Of a stretch of DNA of 64,000 nt, positions 61,282 to 64,000 are shown in pieces. Each line of letters starts with the position of its first letter. Position 1 is the stretch's first letter. Source of the stretch: Bdellovibrionales bacterium (GTDB lineage: Bacteria > Bdellovibrionota > Bdellovibrionia > Bdellovibrionales > JAUICD01); contig OZ253553.1 in the NCBI GenBank assembly GCA_965262715.1, positions 768,001 to 832,000 on the forward strand, read 5' to 3'. Under the pieces are notes generated by a model. The model did no database searches. It had not been told where the DNA came from and saw nothing but the letters and a program-made list of their open reading frames with translations. The position numbers and the translations under genes are program-made.

Positions 61282-62805
61282 TTAGTGTAGAAAATGTCTT
61301 TGTCCTGTTAGAATTAAGTTGATTTTCAGCTGTTTTGCCCTTTGAATAACTTGATGATCGTTGATAGATCCTCCTGGTTGCACGACCCATTGAATCTTCT
61401 CTTCAAATGCTTTTTCTATAGCATCAGTGAAAGGAAAAAAGGCGTCACTTGCTAAAATAACATCTTGTTTATCTTTGTGGCATAATTTCCAACGTGAAAT
61501 AGCATGGCAAAGGGCATCTATGCGATTTGTTTGCCCCATACCTAAACCTAGTGTTTGTTGTGCTGATGTGATGGCTATGGCATTACTTTTCAAACAAGCT
61601 ACTGACTTCCAGGCAAAGGCAATTGCCTTGCGAATTTCTTCAGATGGATCTTGACCTAAGACCTGCCAAAAATTTGACCAAGGTTGAATTTTATCTTCTG
61701 ATTGCAAAACATATCCACCAAAAATATCTTTTATAGACATTGTTGGAGGTTTATCTTCACACATTTGATCCCAAGCAAGGACTCTTAAGTTCTTTTTTTC
61801 TTGGAGTATCTTTTTAGCATCTGGTTCAACTTGAGGAGCGATCACACATTCTAAAAAGATAGATGTTAGCTTTTTTGCAATAGATGGAGTGATAGGTGAG
61901 TTTAAGGCGATGATACCTCCAAAAATACTTATAGGATCTGCAGACAAAGACATAGAAAGAGCCTTCATTGGGTCTGAATTTGTTGCAATGCCGCAAGGGT
62001 TATTGTGTTTTAATGAGATCACAGTTGTTTTATCTTTAAAAACTCTTAATGTTTTCACCGCAGCGTTAATATCTAAAATATTGTTATAAGACAAAGGCTT
62101 ACCTTGTAAGACTTGAGCTTGATGGAGCCCCCACTTTTCCCCTCTATATTTAAACCAATATCCTTTTTGTAGAGGATTTTCTCCATACCTTAAGGGTGAG
62201 TGTTTTTGACCTCCTTGACCCATTTGAGGAAAAACTTTTTGAGGAGCAAGTGTTTTAGCAATCAGCGCATCATAGGAAGAGACATGATGAAAAGCCTTAG
62301 CACTTAAATATCTTTTTTCTTCTAGTGAAAATTCATCTTGATTGAAAAGAAGATTATAATCTTCTGGGTTGCAAATGACCAAAAGAGACTCAAAATTTTT
62401 AGCAGCAGCTCTAAGCAATGCCACTCCTCCAATATCGATATATTCGCTTAATTGTCGGTAATTTATTTTCTCTTTTATATTTTCTTCAAAGGGATAGAGG
62501 TTGCATATCAATAAATCGAAAGCTTGTATATTCATCTCTTTTAAAAGGAGTTGATCTTCCTCATGAAAGTGGCGAGCAAGCAAAGGGATATGTATATGAG
62601 GATGAAGTGTGCGGACACGCCCATCCATAACTTCTGGAAACTCTGTTTGTTGAGAGACAGGTATAGCATTAATACCATTTTTTTTAAGATAGTTTGCACT
62701 GCCATCTGTTGCAACAATGCGAGTTTTATCTTGAGATAGTTTTAAGGCAAGATCTAATAGCCCTGTTTTGTCAGATACACTGATAAGCACGTTTTTAAAT
62801 TTCAT
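61282..62805 (-). CDS. purH: Bifunctional AICAR formyltransferase/IMP cyclohydrolase
   Basis: LISVSDKTG, GRVRTLHP, NLYPF, IDIGG, LRYGENP.Q, KHNNPCG, KSNAI, ASDAFFPF, QPGGS, RHFLH. Confidence 0.97.
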   Translation of the reverse strand: MKFKNVLISVSDKTGLLDLALKLSQDKTRIVATDGSANYLKKNGINAIPVSQQTEFPEVMDGRVRTLHPHIHIPLLARHFHEEDQLLLKEMNIQAFDLLICNLYPFEENIKEKINYRQLSEYIDIGGVALLRAAAKNFESLLVICNPEDYNLLFNQDEFSLEEKRYLSAKAFHHVSSYDALIAKTLAPQKVFPQMGQGGQKHSPLRYGENPLQKGYWFKYRGEKWGLHQAQVLQGKPLSYNNILDINAAVKTLRVFKDKTTVISLKHNNPCGIATNSDPMKALSMSLSADPISIFGGIIALNSPITPSIAKKLTSIFLECVIAPQVEPDAKKILQEKKNLRVLAWDQMCEDKPPTMSIKDIFGGYVLQSEDKIQPWSNFWQVLGQDPSEEIRKAIAFAWKSVACLKSNAIAITSAQQTLGLGMGQTNRIDALCHAISRWKLCHKDKQDVILASDAFFPFTDAIEKAFEEKIQWVVQPGGSINDHQVIQRAKQLKINLILTGQRHFLH

Positions 62806-62943
62806 TCGGCTATGCCTTTTTTATATGCCTTTTCTAACAAATATCGTTTTGAGTAAATATTATTTTTTTGATGTGCTCTATCAAATATGAAAAGTCATCA
62901 ATTGTCTACAATAAACTTAAAATAAAAAGGTTTGACTCATAAC

Positions 62944-63330
62944 TAGGAGCGGTCTCAAAAGTGCTAGGGTTAGTATTTAAATTTACGATCTAGAGTTATG
63001 GCAGGCTTCTTACATAAGCAAACAGGCAACCCCCGCGCCTTGTATTGTTGTTATTTTATAATTTTATTATAGAATCAAATACTTTAATAAAGACTTTAAC
63101 ATTTTGTTAAAAAACGAAAAGTATCTGTTCTACTCAAAATGAACGGATTTTTGAGGCAATGATCTGATGGCAAAGATAAAGTTCCTCTAACATTGTATCA
63201 AGAGATAAAGATATCCTCCCTACTAAAATGCATTATACTTTCTAGGCAGTAAGCTGTTTTGCCGTCGGGCATACTGCCAGAAAGTGGTCAGAGGCTAGCC
63301 TCGAGAGGCCAGACTATTTTTAGGGAGAAG
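62944..63330. repeat. Composite repeat cluster: family A end, truncated family D, partial and full family B
   Basis: TAGGAGCGGTCTCAAAA (62944); D copy 62992-63098 matching the reverse complement of 25423-25576; B modules at about 63093-63170 and 63181-63330. Confidence 0.8.
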
Positions 63331-63338
63331 CATCAATG

Positions 63339-64000
63339 CTATTTTAAGAAGTTAGAGGAGGTACTTTGTCCTCGTGCTTCACACTGCCTGGATAATCTCT
63401 CTGGTAAAATCACTTGGTTTATGCCATCTCCTAAAGGACTTTGATATTGACCCCAACAAAGGATTTCTCCACTTTTAGAGACACATGTCACATTTTTTTG
63501 AGCGTTCAGAGAGCTGTCATCAATATTTGCTAAAGGAATGTGTTTATCAGTACCAAATTCTAAAAGAACTGGTAATGCCTTATATTCAGGATCTCCCCTT
63601 GTTCCACCTCTTCCAAGTTGTGCGTCTGAGCTATCTCCCCAACAGACAACCTCATTTGTATCTTGTACAGAGCAAGATCTGACAGCGCAGGCATGGGTCC
63701 TTCCAGCTGTGATAAACTCCACATCAGCAAGATCACAGGTTTTCTTGTTGCACCCTTCTACATCGATAGAATCATCTGAACTTTCGATATCAACAAGTGT
63801 ATCAGTTCCATTACATGTTCTTATTGATTGTGGTACTCGAACATGGGGGTAACATTCTTTTTCAATTTCTGACTTCTTATTACCTCTCACATCTGGATTT
63901 CCCCAACATCTTATTTTAGAACCAGTGTTGTTATTTTGTTGGGTTATCTTTGCGCAAGTAAAATCCCCACCAACAGCAATTTGCCGAACTCCAGACATGC
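63339..64000 (-). CDS. RCC1/BLIP-II repeat protein, C-terminal part (5' end probably outside the window)
   Basis: VGGDFTCA, IRCWG, AGRTHACA, VVCWGDSSDAQLG, ILCWG. Confidence 0.8.
   Translation of the reverse strand, partial: MSGVRQIAVGGDFTCAKITQQNNNTGSKIRCWGNPDVRGNKKSEIEKECYPHVRVPQSIRTCNGTDTLVDIESSDDSIDVEGCNKKTCDLADVEFITAGRTHACAVRSCSVQDTNEVVCWGDSSDAQLGRGGTRGDPEYKALPVLLEFGTDKHIPLANIDDSSLNAQKNVTCVSKSGEILCWGQYQSPLGDGINQVILPERLSRQCEARGQSTSSNFLK

Noticed and set aside
126..63852. Many short ORFs antisense or out of frame to longer genes (e.g. 126-377, 2675-2959, 13861-14139, 29715-29939, 52239-52676, 63538-63852)
   Set aside because: They overlap well-supported CDSs and show no motifs; treated as shadow ORFs

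Overview
AT-rich bacterial chromosomal window. The Tad/Flp locus layout, the RDD and TPR proteins and the 'YQGC'-type lipoproteins suggest a Bdellovibrionota-like organism (inference only). A housekeeping backbone (hemJ, a 2-oxoacid dehydrogenase E1 alpha, sdhCAB, fadE, dnaB, mltG, tRNA deaminase tadA, radA, pgsA, purH) is interleaved with accessory DNA. (1) Two secreted zincin genes sit inside the sdhC-sdhA junction. (2) Five paralogous secreted ~310-aa proteins carry an H...E...RD...GxxH signature resembling the TIKI/TraB/EreA/ChaN superfamily; the array is interrupted by a dead IS30. (3) A signal-peptide-bearing, degenerate Clp-like AAA+ protein is present. (4) An ~11.9-kb IS3-bounded composite element (38303-50212, TGA flanking duplication) separates the Flp pilin from the rest of the Tad locus. 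Its cargo is defence-like: an HsdR-N nuclease, an eroded patatin, a 1741-aa nuclease-STAND ATPase, and an IS1634 with a 312-bp target duplication. Most larger intergenic spaces hold one or more of four families of dispersed, structured non-coding repeats. One family shows compensatory base changes in nested stems across about 10 copies. No rRNA, tRNA or CRISPR array was recognised. All calls are by motif recognition, not database search.
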